Positions 1 through 9,439 of a stretch of 64,000 nt of DNA are shown piece by piece. A program made the translations under genes and the position numbers. The stretch covers positions 32,001 to 96,000 of the forward strand of contig CAVWFS010000011.1 of assembly GCA_963754315.1 (NCBI GenBank). Reading direction: 5' to 3'. Below the pieces are notes generated by a model. The model was not told the origin of the DNA. It searched no databases and worked only from the letters and a program-made list of their open reading frames with translations. The stretch comes from an uncultured Candidatus Rokubacteria bacterium. Lineage in GTDB: Bacteria; Methylomirabilota; Methylomirabilia; Rokubacteriales; CSP1-6. How positions within the stretch are numbered: position 1 is the first letter of the stretch; each line of letters begins with the position of its first letter.

Positions 1-95
1 ATGACACCCCGGGCCAGGACGTGCAGGCCCAGGTAGGCATGAATGCCCGTGAGGACCAGACACGCCAGCAAGGGGACGGCGAGCAGCTCGACCAC
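1..95 (-). CDS. Metal (Zn/Mn) ABC transporter permease, N-terminal fragment running off the window start
   Basis: Manual translation from GTG at 95: MVELLAVPLLACLVLTGIHAYLGLHVLARGV..., a typical ABC-3 permease start. It lies directly downstream of a metal-binding protein gene. Confidence 0.75.
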   Translation of the reverse strand, partial: MVELLAVPLLACLVLTGIHAYLGLHVLARGV

Positions 96-105
96 TCGCC
101 TGCGC

Positions 106-1026
106 TCACCCCGACCCGCCGAGCGCGGTCGTGAGCCGCCGGATGTTAACCGCGAAGAGCGTGAGGTAGTCGGTCGCCTCGGGATCGGCGCCCACCGACG
201 GCACGAGCGTGACCACCCGTGCCCCGCTCCGCGCCGCCACCTGGCGCACGACCGCATCGTTGGAGTACGGCTCGGCGATGAGAAGGGCGACGCCGGTCTC
301 GCGCATCCGTTGCGGGAGAGCGGCCAACGTGGAGGGCGACGGCGCCACCCCGGGCGTTGTCTCCACCACGGCCACGATGGTCAGGCCGAAGCGGCGGGCG
401 AAATAGAGCCAGCTGTCGTGAACGACCACGACTCGCGTGCCCCGGTGAAGCGCCATGGCGCGCACCCACCCGGCCAGGCCGGCGTCAAGACGCTCCAAAA
501 ATCGCCGCCGATTCGCCTCGAGTTGCAGGCGATCGCTCGGAGCCAGACCGCTCAGGGCTTCGAGGATCGCGCCGGTCATCGGGCGAGCGTTCTCCGGATC
601 GAGCCAGTAGTGCGTGTTGCCGTAAGCGTGAACGTGGGCGGCCCCCTTCTCCCGCAGGCGGGGCGTCTCTGTCTGGAGTAACTCGATGGTCCGGGAGACA
701 TCGAGGTAGTGGGGACTACCGGGCGCGAGACGCCGGTCACCGGCAGTGCGGAGGGCGCGGGTGAGCCAGGGCTCGTGATCGAGCCCGATCCGGATGAGCA
801 GATTGGCGGTCTTCAGGCGAGCGATCTGGCTCGGCTTGAGATCGATCGCGTGCGGGTCTTGCACCGGAGAGGCCAGGCTCTCGACCTGGATGCGGTCGCC
901 CCCGACGGCTTGCACCAGAGCCTTGAGATCGGTGGACGTCGTCACCACGGACAGGGGGCCGCCGCCTCCAGCGGGAGCGACGGCCGCCAAGGTGGCGACC
1001 GAGGCGGCGGCGAGCGCCCGCAGCAC
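106..1026 (-). CDS. Metal ABC transporter substrate-binding protein (ZnuA/TroA family)
   Basis: Signal peptide; motifs VVTTSTDL, QDPHAIDLKPS, GLDHEPWL, HAYGNTHYWLDP, HDSWLYFARRFGL. Confidence 0.92.
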   Translation of the reverse strand: MLRALAAASVATLAAVAPAGGGGPLSVVTTSTDLKALVQAVGGDRIQVESLASPVQDPHAIDLKPSQIARLKTANLLIRIGLDHEPWLTRALRTAGDRRLAPGSPHYLDVSRTIELLQTETPRLREKGAAHVHAYGNTHYWLDPENARPMTGAILEALSGLAPSDRLQLEANRRRFLERLDAGLAGWVRAMALHRGTRVVVVHDSWLYFARRFGLTIVAVVETTPGVAPSPSTLAALPQRMRETGVALLIAEPYSNDAVVRQVAARSGARVVTLVPSVGADPEATDYLTLFAVNIRRLTTALGGSG

Positions 1027-1029
1027 CTG

Positions 1030-2145
1030 CTACTTCGTGAACATGGACTTGGCGATCATGCAGTGCACGCCCTTGCGGATATCCACCACCTGGGTCACGC
1101 GGCAGTCGGCGGTCATGGAGGCGAGCGAGTACGCTTCGTAGCGGTCTATGGGGACCATCTTCTGGCTGCTGAGAAAGTCGACCGTCTCCCGCACCGCGTT
1201 CACCATCGCCTTGTTGAGATCCTCGTCGAAGCCCATCAGGATCCAATGGGTCTTGGTCTCGGCGCGCGGCCACTCGTACTTGAGGTCCTTGCGCACCACC
1301 GGCTGCAGGACGATCTCGCGGAAGGAGCACTCCAGGCCCGTGAGGTTGACCTCGCCGTTGCCCTGGCGGCAGTGTGAGTCGCCCGTCCAGATCAGGCCGC
1401 CCTTGATGAACACGGGAACGTAGATCGTGCTGCCGGCCTGGAGCTCGTTGAGGTCCATATTTGAGCCGTTCTTCCAGGGCCGCAGGGTGGACACCGGCGC
1501 CATCGGATCGTCCTTGACCCCGCCTTTGCGGGGCGAGGGGTCGTTGGGGTCAATGCCGACGGCCAGGGTCCCGGGAAAGGGCGCCAGGTCGATGGTGACC
1601 CCGGGCTTGAAATCCACCGTCCGCTTGCCCGGGGTGAGCGCGAAGAACTTGATGAATCCATCGGGCATCTCGGCGGCCAGCGCGCCGATGGTGGGGAACT
1701 CCTTACCGGGCAAGTTGAAGTTGATGCCAAAGTTCTTGGGAACGATCTTGAGGATCCGGATCTCCATGACATCGCCCGGCTCGGCGCCGTTGACGTAGAT
1801 GGGGCCGGTCACCGAGTGAGGGCCCCCGCCCGGGTTGGCCTTGCGGAGCGCGGTGATCTCGTCCATGGTCATGCCGGCCTTGACCTTGTCGTGGGCATGC
1901 ATCATGGTCTCGATCGACACGACGTCGCCCGAATCGATCGTCAGTTTGGGTGGCTCCTTGGGATCGAGCCAGCCCCACTGTACGGTGTCCAGGGTGGCCA
2001 CCAGCCGATGACGCTTGCCCTCGGCCTTCGCCGCGGGCCCCTTGGCATCGCTCTTCTGCTGGGCCAAGGCGTAGAGGGCAGCCGAGAAGAGAACGACCAG
2101 CACGGTAAGAACGGTCGCGACGCGCTTGATGCCGAGAGGGTGCAT
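1030..2145 (-). CDS. Acetamidase/formamidase (FmdA/AmdA) family protein with signal peptide
   Basis: GPHSVTGPIYVNGAEPGD, NGSNMD, GDSHCRQGNGEVNLTGLE motifs. ATG at 2145 follows AAGGAG; hydrophobic N-terminus ends in ALA-Q. Confidence 0.9.
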   Translation of the reverse strand: MHPLGIKRVATVLTVLVVLFSAALYALAQQKSDAKGPAAKAEGKRHRLVATLDTVQWGWLDPKEPPKLTIDSGDVVSIETMMHAHDKVKAGMTMDEITALRKANPGGGPHSVTGPIYVNGAEPGDVMEIRILKIVPKNFGINFNLPGKEFPTIGALAAEMPDGFIKFFALTPGKRTVDFKPGVTIDLAPFPGTLAVGIDPNDPSPRKGGVKDDPMAPVSTLRPWKNGSNMDLNELQAGSTIYVPVFIKGGLIWTGDSHCRQGNGEVNLTGLECSFREIVLQPVVRKDLKYEWPRAETKTHWILMGFDEDLNKAMVNAVRETVDFLSSQKMVPIDRYEAYSLASMTADCRVTQVVDIRKGVHCMIAKSMFTK

Positions 2146-2308
2146 AGCGCCTCCTTTTGCGGGGAAGTGAAACGTGGCACGACGACGCGTCGTATCATCG
2201 ACGAGCCGCCCCATAGCGTCAAGCCGCCGCGCTTCTTGGACGCCATGACCTGCTCGTTGGCGTTAGTGTAAGCGGGGCAGGGAGTCGTCGGGCACGGGAG
2301 GACACGCG

Positions 2309-3190
2309 ATGTTCGAGGGATTCAAGCGCCTGCGAATCAAGACCAGCGAGGCCGAGATCGACACGGTCACGAAAGGGACTGGCCCGCCCTTGCTCCTCAT
2401 TCACGGATATCCGCAGACGAAGGCCATGTGGCACAAGATCGCGCCCGGTCTAGCCGAGCGCTTCACGGTCGTGGCTACCGACACGCGCGGCTACGGTGCG
2501 AGTAGCCGGCCGCCGAGTGACGACGGTCACCACGTGTATTCCAAGCGACGGATGGCAGTCGACATGATCGAGGTGATGGCGGCGCTCGGCTTTGAGCGCT
2601 TCTCCGTCGCCGGCCACGATCGGGGCGGACGCGTGGCCTACCGGCTGGCGCTCGACCATCCTGAGCGCGTGGTCCGCCTCGCTGTCCTCGACATCGTGCC
2701 GACCTACGAGCAGTTCGCCGCGGTCGATCGCGCCGCCGCTCTCGGCAGCTACCACTGGTACTTCCTGGCCCAACCGTCGCCTTTTCCCGAGCGACTCATC
2801 GGCAACGACGCCGAGTACTTCATCCGTCACATGATGTCGAGCTGGGCGGGAACGCCGGGTTACTTCAGCGACGAGGCGATGGCCGAGTACATTCGCTGCT
2901 TCAGCGACCCCGCGGTCATCCACGCGACGTGCGAGGATTACCGCGCGGGCGCCTTCGTTGACTGTCAGCTCGACGAGGCCGACCTCACGAACGGCAAGAA
3001 GATCACGTGTCCGGTCCTGGCGATCTGGGGCGACAAGGGCCGCGCCCACAAGCGTCGGCAGGTCCTGGACACGTGGCGGCGCTGGGCCCACGACGTCCGC
3101 GGGGAGGGTCTGCCGTGCGGGCACTTCCTCGCCGAGGAGGCGCCCACCGAAACGCGCGCGGCATTGGAGCAATTTTTTCTGGAGACGTGA
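2309..3190 (+). CDS. Haloacetate/fluoroacetate dehalogenase-like alpha/beta hydrolase
   Basis: HGYPQT, GHDRGGR, LDIVPT, YHWYFLAQP, CEDYRAGA and CGHF motifs; GGGAGG RBS. Confidence 0.88.
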   Translation: MFEGFKRLRIKTSEAEIDTVTKGTGPPLLLIHGYPQTKAMWHKIAPGLAERFTVVATDTRGYGASSRPPSDDGHHVYSKRRMAVDMIEVMAALGFERFSVAGHDRGGRVAYRLALDHPERVVRLAVLDIVPTYEQFAAVDRAAALGSYHWYFLAQPSPFPERLIGNDAEYFIRHMMSSWAGTPGYFSDEAMAEYIRCFSDPAVIHATCEDYRAGAFVDCQLDEADLTNGKKITCPVLAIWGDKGRAHKRRQVLDTWRRWAHDVRGEGLPCGHFLAEEAPTETRAALEQFFLET

Positions 3191-3313
3191 TCCTGGCCTT
3201 CGGCGGAGGTCGTCAGAAAAACGTCATGGACCCGACATCGCCTTGCCACGGCCCGATGGGAAAAGAGTCACTAGGCTGCCGCTGAAGACTCGTGCCCCTT
3301 CAGGAGATGCGTC

Positions 3314-4900
3314 ATGACGCAGCAGACTGGGACCGTTCCTCCGCCGCGCAACGGCCTGTCGCGTCGCGCCTTCCTCACCGGTGTCGCCGCGGCTGGTGCG
3401 ATCGCATCGTTCGGGCCACGCCGCCGCGCCGTCGCCCAGCCTCGCTTCTCTTCTAACCCCTTCACGCTCGGCGTGGCGTCCGGGTACCCACTGCCCGGCG
3501 GCGTTGTCCTCTGGACCCGCCTCGCGCCCGATCCGCTCCACGGCGGCGGGATGTCCGCCGAGCCCGTCATGGTCGACTGGGATGTCGCCAGCGACGAGCG
3601 CTTCGAGCGCACCGTCCAGAGCGGCCGGGCGCGGGCGCTCGCGCCGTACGCTCACGCGCTCCACGTCGAGGTCCAGGGGCTCGAGCCCGACCGCTGGTAC
3701 TGGTACCGCTTCCGCGTCGGCAACGAGGTGAGCCCGCTGGGGCGCACGAAGACCGCGCCCGCCCCCGAAGCGACACTGAATCGTCTGCGCTTCGCCTTCG
3801 CCTCGTGCCAGCAGTACGAGCAGGGCTTCTTCACCGCCTACCGGCACATGGTGGCCGACGACCTCGACCTTGTCGTGCATCTTGGCGACTATATTTACGA
3901 GTCGTCCTGGGGGCGCAATCACGTCCGCAAGCACAATGGGCCCGAGCCGATGACGCTCGACGATTATCGAGCGCGGTTCGCGCTCTACAGGAGCGATCCC
4001 GATCTTCAGGCCGCCCACGCCGCCTACCCGTGGCTCGTGACGTGGGACGACCACGAAGTCGACAACGACTACGCCGACGACCGGTCCGAGGAGCTCGACG
4101 CGCGCGAGTGGTTCCTCGCCCGCAGGGCCGCCGCCTATCAGGCCTACTACGAGCACATGCCGTTGCGTCGAGGCGCGGTGCCGTTCGGCCCTCACATGCG
4201 GATCTTCACCCGGGTGGGCTACGGCGCACTCGCCGAGTTTTACGTGCTCGACGACCGCCAGTACCGCTCGCACCAGGTGTGCCCGCGACCGGGCCGCGGC
4301 GGGTCGGCCGTCGTCGAGGACTGCGCGGCGCGGCTCGACCCCGGGCTGACCCTGCTCGGCGACGTCCAGGAGCGATGGCTCATGGGCAGCCTCGAGCGCT
4401 CGCGCGCCCGCTGGAACGTGCTGGCGCAGCAAACCTTGATGGCCCAGCTCGACCGTAAGGTCGGACAGGGCCAGAGCTTCTGGACGGACGGCTGGGACGG
4501 CTACCCGGCGGCCCGGCGTCGCCTCCTCCAGTTTTTCGAGCAGAAGAAGCCCGCCAACCCGCTCGTGATCGGCGGCGACGTCCACTGCTTCTGGGTCGCC
4601 GACCTCAAGCCGGACTTCGACGATCCGCGGTCGCCGACGGTGGCGACGGAGTTCGTGGGGACGTCGATCACATCCCAGCTCGGACGCACGCAGGCCGAGC
4701 AAGATGCGATCAAGCAGGAGAACCCCCACATCACGTACGCGGACGTGACCAGGCGCGGCTATGTTCGCATGGAGCTGACACCCGCCCGCGCGCGCGCGGA
4801 TCTTCGAGGTCTGGAGAACGTGATTCGTCCAGACGCGCGGATCGAGACGATGGCCACCTTCGTGGTGGAGGACGGCCGGCCGGGCGCCCAGCGCGCCTGA
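3314..4900 (+). CDS. phoD: Alkaline phosphatase D family, Tat-exported
   Basis: Tat motif SRRAFL; FTLGVASG, FASCQ, HLGDYIYE, WDDHEVDNDY, LDDRQYR, DGWDGY, GGDVH. Confidence 0.95.
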   Translation: MTQQTGTVPPPRNGLSRRAFLTGVAAAGAIASFGPRRRAVAQPRFSSNPFTLGVASGYPLPGGVVLWTRLAPDPLHGGGMSAEPVMVDWDVASDERFERTVQSGRARALAPYAHALHVEVQGLEPDRWYWYRFRVGNEVSPLGRTKTAPAPEATLNRLRFAFASCQQYEQGFFTAYRHMVADDLDLVVHLGDYIYESSWGRNHVRKHNGPEPMTLDDYRARFALYRSDPDLQAAHAAYPWLVTWDDHEVDNDYADDRSEELDAREWFLARRAAAYQAYYEHMPLRRGAVPFGPHMRIFTRVGYGALAEFYVLDDRQYRSHQVCPRPGRGGSAVVEDCAARLDPGLTLLGDVQERWLMGSLERSRARWNVLAQQTLMAQLDRKVGQGQSFWTDGWDGYPAARRRLLQFFEQKKPANPLVIGGDVHCFWVADLKPDFDDPRSPTVATEFVGTSITSQLGRTQAEQDAIKQENPHITYADVTRRGYVRMELTPARARADLRGLENVIRPDARIETMATFVVEDGRPGAQRA

Positions 4901-4948
4901 GGGTTCACCCCGCGCTCTCGTCCGGCCGCCTGAGGGTGTTTCTCCGGT

Positions 4949-6001
4949 TCACGTGTTGAACCGGATGTAGCGATCTTCCCGTGCCGCGTCATCCCTGGAA
5001 TAACTGACGGCGTGAACCTGGACACCGGTGCGGTCCTTCAGGGTGATGGTCCCCCCCTTGTTGCCGAGCTGGGCGCCGCGCCCGGACAGCACGAAGCTGT
5101 GCGATGCGCCAGGCGCGAGCACGCCGTGAAGCGCGTCGACCTTGTTGCTCTTGTCCACGAGGGTCCATCCCGTCAGGTCGACCGAGGCCGTGGTCACGTT
5201 CGCGATCACCACCACCTCCCGCCCCGGATCATCGCCGACGGGATTGACGAGGGCGCGCTCGATGTACACGGGGGGATCGCCGACATCCGGCCCACCTTCC
5301 GGAACTCCCCCGCCGGCCGGGATAGGCTGGGCGTTCGGGAGCCGATGTCCGGTGGCGTTGTCGGTCGGCAGCCACTGGGTCTGAAACCGGAGGAAGAGGC
5401 CGACCAGGCGGGACGGGAACGCGATGATGAGGCCGCCGTCCTGAAACACTCCGTTGTCCTTCGCGAAGGGCCCCGGATTCGGATTCCCCTGATTCATGTG
5501 AATGTCATGAATGCCCTGAAGGGTGTTGAACTCGAGATCGATCGGCCTTGGGTTCGGGGACTGACCTGGTTCCGGAAACTTGGCGCCGAAGGCGAACAGC
5601 TCGCCGTTCTGGTCACGGAGCTGGCGGAGATACGTCGTGAGGACGTCCTGCAGATCGTCGTCCGCGCCTGGCCCCGTGGACGGGACGGCCACTCCAGTGG
5701 GCCAGTCGAACAGGGGGGCCCGGAAGTAGTCCAAAGCCGTCGACGCGGATCGGGCGAGCGGAGGGAGAAGGGTGAAGCCGGGGGCGATGTCGGTGAGGGC
5801 AGCGCCAATGGGATGACTCTGAAGCGGATCGACGCGGTGAAAGACTACCCGCGACTGATCGCCGGACAGGACATTGGTGGCCACCCGCCACGCCTGCTGG
5901 TGGTCATCGACGACCCGGATCTGCAGGTGCGGTGTGCTGAGGTCGTCTTCACGCTTGAAGACGTCCACCCGTCCGCGCAAGACTCCGTATTGCAATGCCA
6001 T
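4949..6001 (-). CDS. DUF2278 (YukJ-like) protein fused to a C-terminal lamin-tail domain
   Basis: MALQYGVLRG start; GIHDIHMNQGN and DNGVFQDGGL motifs; C-terminal ALVNPVGDD...VDLTGWTL...LGNKGGTITL. Confidence 0.8.
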   Translation of the reverse strand: MALQYGVLRGRVDVFKREDDLSTPHLQIRVVDDHQQAWRVATNVLSGDQSRVVFHRVDPLQSHPIGAALTDIAPGFTLLPPLARSASTALDYFRAPLFDWPTGVAVPSTGPGADDDLQDVLTTYLRQLRDQNGELFAFGAKFPEPGQSPNPRPIDLEFNTLQGIHDIHMNQGNPNPGPFAKDNGVFQDGGLIIAFPSRLVGLFLRFQTQWLPTDNATGHRLPNAQPIPAGGGVPEGGPDVGDPPVYIERALVNPVGDDPGREVVVIANVTTASVDLTGWTLVDKSNKVDALHGVLAPGASHSFVLSGRGAQLGNKGGTITLKDRTGVQVHAVSYSRDDAAREDRYIRFNT

Positions 6002-6072
6002 GGTGCCGTCCCCCTCGTGAGCCGACCGTCGGTTGCGGTGGCGACGATCGTGCCCTCGACGGAAGCGATTCG

Positions 6073-6999
6073 TCAAGAACACGGGTTGACGTCGGCGGTG
6101 ATCTTTTCCCAGTGCGCCCGTTCCCGACGTAACTCTTCGACGAACTGCAGGGGGGACGCGCTCGGGGTCACGTGCCCGCCTGCGCTCTCAAAGAGCGCCC
6201 TGACCTCATCGAGATTCAGCGCGCGCGTCACGGCATCGTGCAGCAGCCGTACGATCTCGTCAGGCGTTCGGCTCGAGGCGAACAGACCATGCCAGTGGCA
6301 CGTCCCGATGCCCGGGAAACCTGACTCCTCCAGGGTCGGAACGTCCGGGAAGCCCGCGAGACGGGTGCGACCGGTCACGGCCACGGCCTTGACGTCGCCC
6401 GCGTGCACCGCCGTCCTCGCCGTCCTCGCGTTGAGGAAGAGCATGTCGAGTTCCCCAGCCACAAGGGCGGCCAGCAAGCCGTCGGCACCACCGGTCTTCG
6501 GCACATTGACGACCTCGAAGCGGGCGGCCTTGCCCAGCCGCGCGGCATCGATGTCCGGATAGCTGCCGATCCAGTCCGTGCCATTTCTGACGTTCCCGCG
6601 CGCGGCCCTGGCCTCGTCGATGAACTCGAGGAGCGTTGTGGCCCGAAGGGACGGCCCTGTCAGCAGGACACTCGGAAACTCGGCGAGCCTCGACACCGGC
6701 ACGATCGCCGTGTCGTAGTCGAAGTTCATTCTCCGTCGGAAGACGACCGGCGCGATCGAGTTCGTGTTGACGCTGCCGACCATCAACGTGTACGGGTCAG
6801 CGTGGAGCAGCTCGCGGAGCGCCACCAGGCCAAACTCCCCGACCCGCGCCTCGACGACGAACGGCTGCCCCAGGATTTCTCGCAACGGCTCGGCCAGGCT
6901 GCTCGCCGTGAACTCCGTCGACCCACCGGGTGGAAAGGGGACGAGGAGCCGCACGGCGCGGACGGGGTATGCGTCAGGCGACGAGAACGCCAGGGGCAT
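6073..6999 (-). CDS. Tripartite tricarboxylate transporter substrate-binding protein (Bug/TctC family)
   Basis: YPVRAVRLLVPFPPGGST, PDVPTLEESGFPG, WHGLFA...TP motifs; no clear signal peptide. Confidence 0.88.
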   Translation of the reverse strand: MPLAFSSPDAYPVRAVRLLVPFPPGGSTEFTASSLAEPLREILGQPFVVEARVGEFGLVALRELLHADPYTLMVGSVNTNSIAPVVFRRRMNFDYDTAIVPVSRLAEFPSVLLTGPSLRATTLLEFIDEARAARGNVRNGTDWIGSYPDIDAARLGKAARFEVVNVPKTGGADGLLAALVAGELDMLFLNARTARTAVHAGDVKAVAVTGRTRLAGFPDVPTLEESGFPGIGTCHWHGLFASSRTPDEIVRLLHDAVTRALNLDEVRALFESAGGHVTPSASPLQFVEELRRERAHWEKITADVNPCS

Positions 7000-7010
7000 T
7001 GCCGCTCTCG

Positions 7011-7793
7011 CTAGGCCATGAAGGAACCGCCGTTCACGTCCAGCGAGACCCCGGTGACGTAGCTGCTGTCGTCGCTGCAGAGGAACAGCAGCGCCGATGC
7101 CATCTCGTCCGGGCCTGGCAGGCGTCGGAGGGCGACCTGTGCGAGATAGCGCTCACGGGACTCCTCGCTCATGCGGTCCCAGTAGGCTTGGAGGACCGGG
7201 CCACTGATGGTGAGACTGGGGACGAGGCAATTGACGGTGATGCCGAACGGGCCGAGCTCGCGGGCAGCGAATCGGGTCAAGCCGAGCACCGCGGTCTTCG
7301 CGCACGCGTATGCAGGTGACTGATGGACGGTGGGGTCGCTGATCCGGGCCGATCGAGAGGACACGTTGACGATCTTCCCGGAGCGCTGGCGCTTCATCGG
7401 CGCTGCCACCGCCCGCGTACAGAGAAATGCCGTCTTCAGGTTCGAATCCACCAGGTGATCCCACGACATCGCATCTTCTTCCTCGATCGTCCCCGCGTTC
7501 CCCGTCGACGAGGATCCTCCGCCGGCATTGTTGACGAGGATGTCGATGCGACCGTGCGCCTCGAGAACGGCGGTCACCATGCGATCAACCTGGTCGGGCT
7601 GCGTCAAGTCGGCCGCAAGGGGGAGACATGAGCCGGCCGCCGCGCGGATCTGCGCGGCTTCTCTCTCGACACCGGTGGCGATCCGGTCCACCACGACCAC
7701 CGCGGCGCCCTCCCGCGCCAGTGCTTTCGCGTAGACAGCTCCGAGACCCCCGCCCGCTCCGGTGACAACGGCGACCTTGCTCCCGAACCGCAT
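7011..7793 (-). CDS. SDR family NAD(P)-dependent oxidoreductase
   Basis: TGAGGGLG, NNAG, YACAK catalytic motif, YVTGVSLDVNGG. Confidence 0.95.
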   Translation of the reverse strand: MRFGSKVAVVTGAGGGLGAVYAKALAREGAAVVVVDRIATGVEREAAQIRAAAGSCLPLAADLTQPDQVDRMVTAVLEAHGRIDILVNNAGGGSSSTGNAGTIEEEDAMSWDHLVDSNLKTAFLCTRAVAAPMKRQRSGKIVNVSSRSARISDPTVHQSPAYACAKTAVLGLTRFAARELGPFGITVNCLVPSLTISGPVLQAYWDRMSEESRERYLAQVALRRLPGPDEMASALLFLCSDDSSYVTGVSLDVNGGSFMA

Positions 7794-7892
7794 CCCTACC
7801 TCCGTCGCGTCACTGACGGTTCGTGCTGCGCCATTCTCTCAGGGGCACGACTGTAACATCCGGCAGGCGGAGGTCCAGGCTCCTTTACACCG

Positions 7893-7918
7893 GGAACAGC
7901 CATCCCGCGTCTGTCGTT
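7893..7918 (+). promoter_or_regulatory. Putative ECF sigma-factor promoter (GGAAC-N17-CGTT)
   Basis: GGAAC 7893-7897, 17-nt spacer, CGTT 7915-7918, upstream of the small lipoprotein gene. Confidence 0.5.
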
Positions 7919-7986
7919 GGCTGTGCTGAAAGCTTCTTTGACTCCGCGGCTGTCCGGTCGCTGGCCGACCAAAGGAGGTAGTCGCC

Positions 7987-8160
7987 GTGAAGATCTTGGC
8001 CCTGCTCGGGATCGTGACTCTTCTGACCGGGGCGTGTGGGACGTCCCGTCCCTCCGCGCCCGAACAAACCGCGGCCCAGCGGTGCGCCGAAAGCGGGGGA
8101 ATGTGGCGCCCTTCGATCGAGTTCTGCGAGCAAGCGTCGGGCGGGGGCGGTGGGTACTAG
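7987..8160 (+). CDS. Small (57 aa) putative lipoprotein with a CxxxGGxW...C motif; absent from the ORF track
   Basis: AAGGAGG RBS, then GTG; MKILALLGIVTLLTGA-CGTSRPSAPEQTAAQRCAESGGMWRPSIEFCEQASGGGGGY*. Confidence 0.75.
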   Translation: MKILALLGIVTLLTGACGTSRPSAPEQTAAQRCAESGGMWRPSIEFCEQASGGGGGY

Positions 8161-8193
8161 GTCCGATCGTGTCGAGCCTGCGGGTCGTGTGGT

Positions 8194-9282
8194 CTATGCG
8201 ACCTGGTGCTGTCGGACCGCCGTCTCGTCCAGCTCGAGACCAAGGCCGGGCGCGGACGGCGCGAGGAGCTCACCGTTCTCGAGGCGCGGCATCGACGTGA
8301 GGATGCGGACGGATCGCGGAACGTATTCCACCAGGTGGCCGTTCGGGATGGCCGACAGCAAATGCACCTGAATCTCGGGGACCACGTGACCACACACCGG
8401 AATCCGATGCGCCTGCGCCAGCGCGGCGATCTTTCGCCAAGGCGTCACCCCGCCAACCCTGGCTAGATCGAGGATAACCACATCGACGGCACGCGCCTCC
8501 AGGAGCGTCCTGAACGCGTCCAGGTGGTAGAGGTGCTCGCCGGCGGCGATGGGAACCTCGAGGTGGCTTCGCAGCTCGGCGAGTCCAGCCACGTCAAGAT
8601 GGTGGACGGGGTCTTCCAGCCACGCGATGCCGGCTTTCTGGAGGGCTTGGCCCGCGCGCCGTGCGCGAGTCAGCGACCAGCTTTCCGTCGCGTCGACCAT
8701 GATTCGCACATCCGGTCCCACAGCCTCGCGCACGGCGTGGACGCGGCGGGCCTCGAGCTCCGGGGTTGCCTCTCTGCCGAGCCGGAGCTTGACGGCGCCG
8801 AATCCGGTCTCGACATGGCGCCTGGCCGACACTGCGAGCTCATCGAGAGACAGGCTGTACCAGAGACCATCGCTCGCGTAGGTGGGAAGTCGGTCGCGGT
8901 AGCCGCCGAGAAGACGGTGCAGGGGTTGGCCCAGGGTCTTGCCGGCAGCGTCCCACACCGCGATGTCGAGGGGGGCCAGGGCACAGTGGAGTAGCCCACC
9001 CGGGCCTATCCAGTCACCGTGTCGCGCCAACCGGTCCCAGGCGGCCTCTGGCTCCAGAACGCTCATACCGATCAAGTGCTCGCCTAGCTCCCGCGCGGCG
9101 TGACCGATCGTCATCATCAGATCTGGGCGGGGATACACCACGTAACCGATCCCTTCCACATCATCGGACGTCTGTACACGGGCCAGAACATGCCAGTTCG
9201 CATCGACCGTCCGCCCGCCTGCCACGTAGGGGTGATCGACCGGAACGCGCAACACGCTCACCGCTGTCTGTCTGATCTTCAC
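8194..9282 (-). CDS. Mandelate racemase/muconate lactonizing enzyme family (enolase superfamily)
   Basis: LDIAVWDAAGK, KLRLG, MVDA, WLEDP, AAGEHL, DLARVGG. GTG start after AAGGAGA. Confidence 0.92.
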   Translation of the reverse strand: MKIRQTAVSVLRVPVDHPYVAGGRTVDANWHVLARVQTSDDVEGIGYVVYPRPDLMMTIGHAARELGEHLIGMSVLEPEAAWDRLARHGDWIGPGGLLHCALAPLDIAVWDAAGKTLGQPLHRLLGGYRDRLPTYASDGLWYSLSLDELAVSARRHVETGFGAVKLRLGREATPELEARRVHAVREAVGPDVRIMVDATESWSLTRARRAGQALQKAGIAWLEDPVHHLDVAGLAELRSHLEVPIAAGEHLYHLDAFRTLLEARAVDVVILDLARVGGVTPWRKIAALAQAHRIPVCGHVVPEIQVHLLSAIPNGHLVEYVPRSVRILTSMPRLENGELLAPSAPGLGLELDETAVRQHQVA

Positions 9283-9368
9283 CGACGATCTCCTTGACGG
9301 GCGGCGCACCGTCCCTCGCGCGTGGACTCTACCGAGGAGTCCTTGGCCGGGCAAGCGGCAGGCTCGGC

Positions 9369-9439
9369 TTGACTCTGGTCAGCGGGTCGAGGTAATTTAC
9401 ACGTATTCCGGTCGGAAATATAACTTATGGACTAAATAT
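9369..9439 (+). promoter_or_regulatory. Putative sigma70 promoter plus AT-rich operator-like dyad
   Basis: TTGACT (9369-9374), 18-nt spacer, TAATTT; then an imperfect palindrome TATTCCG-GT-CGGAAATA in an AT-rich island. Confidence 0.45.
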
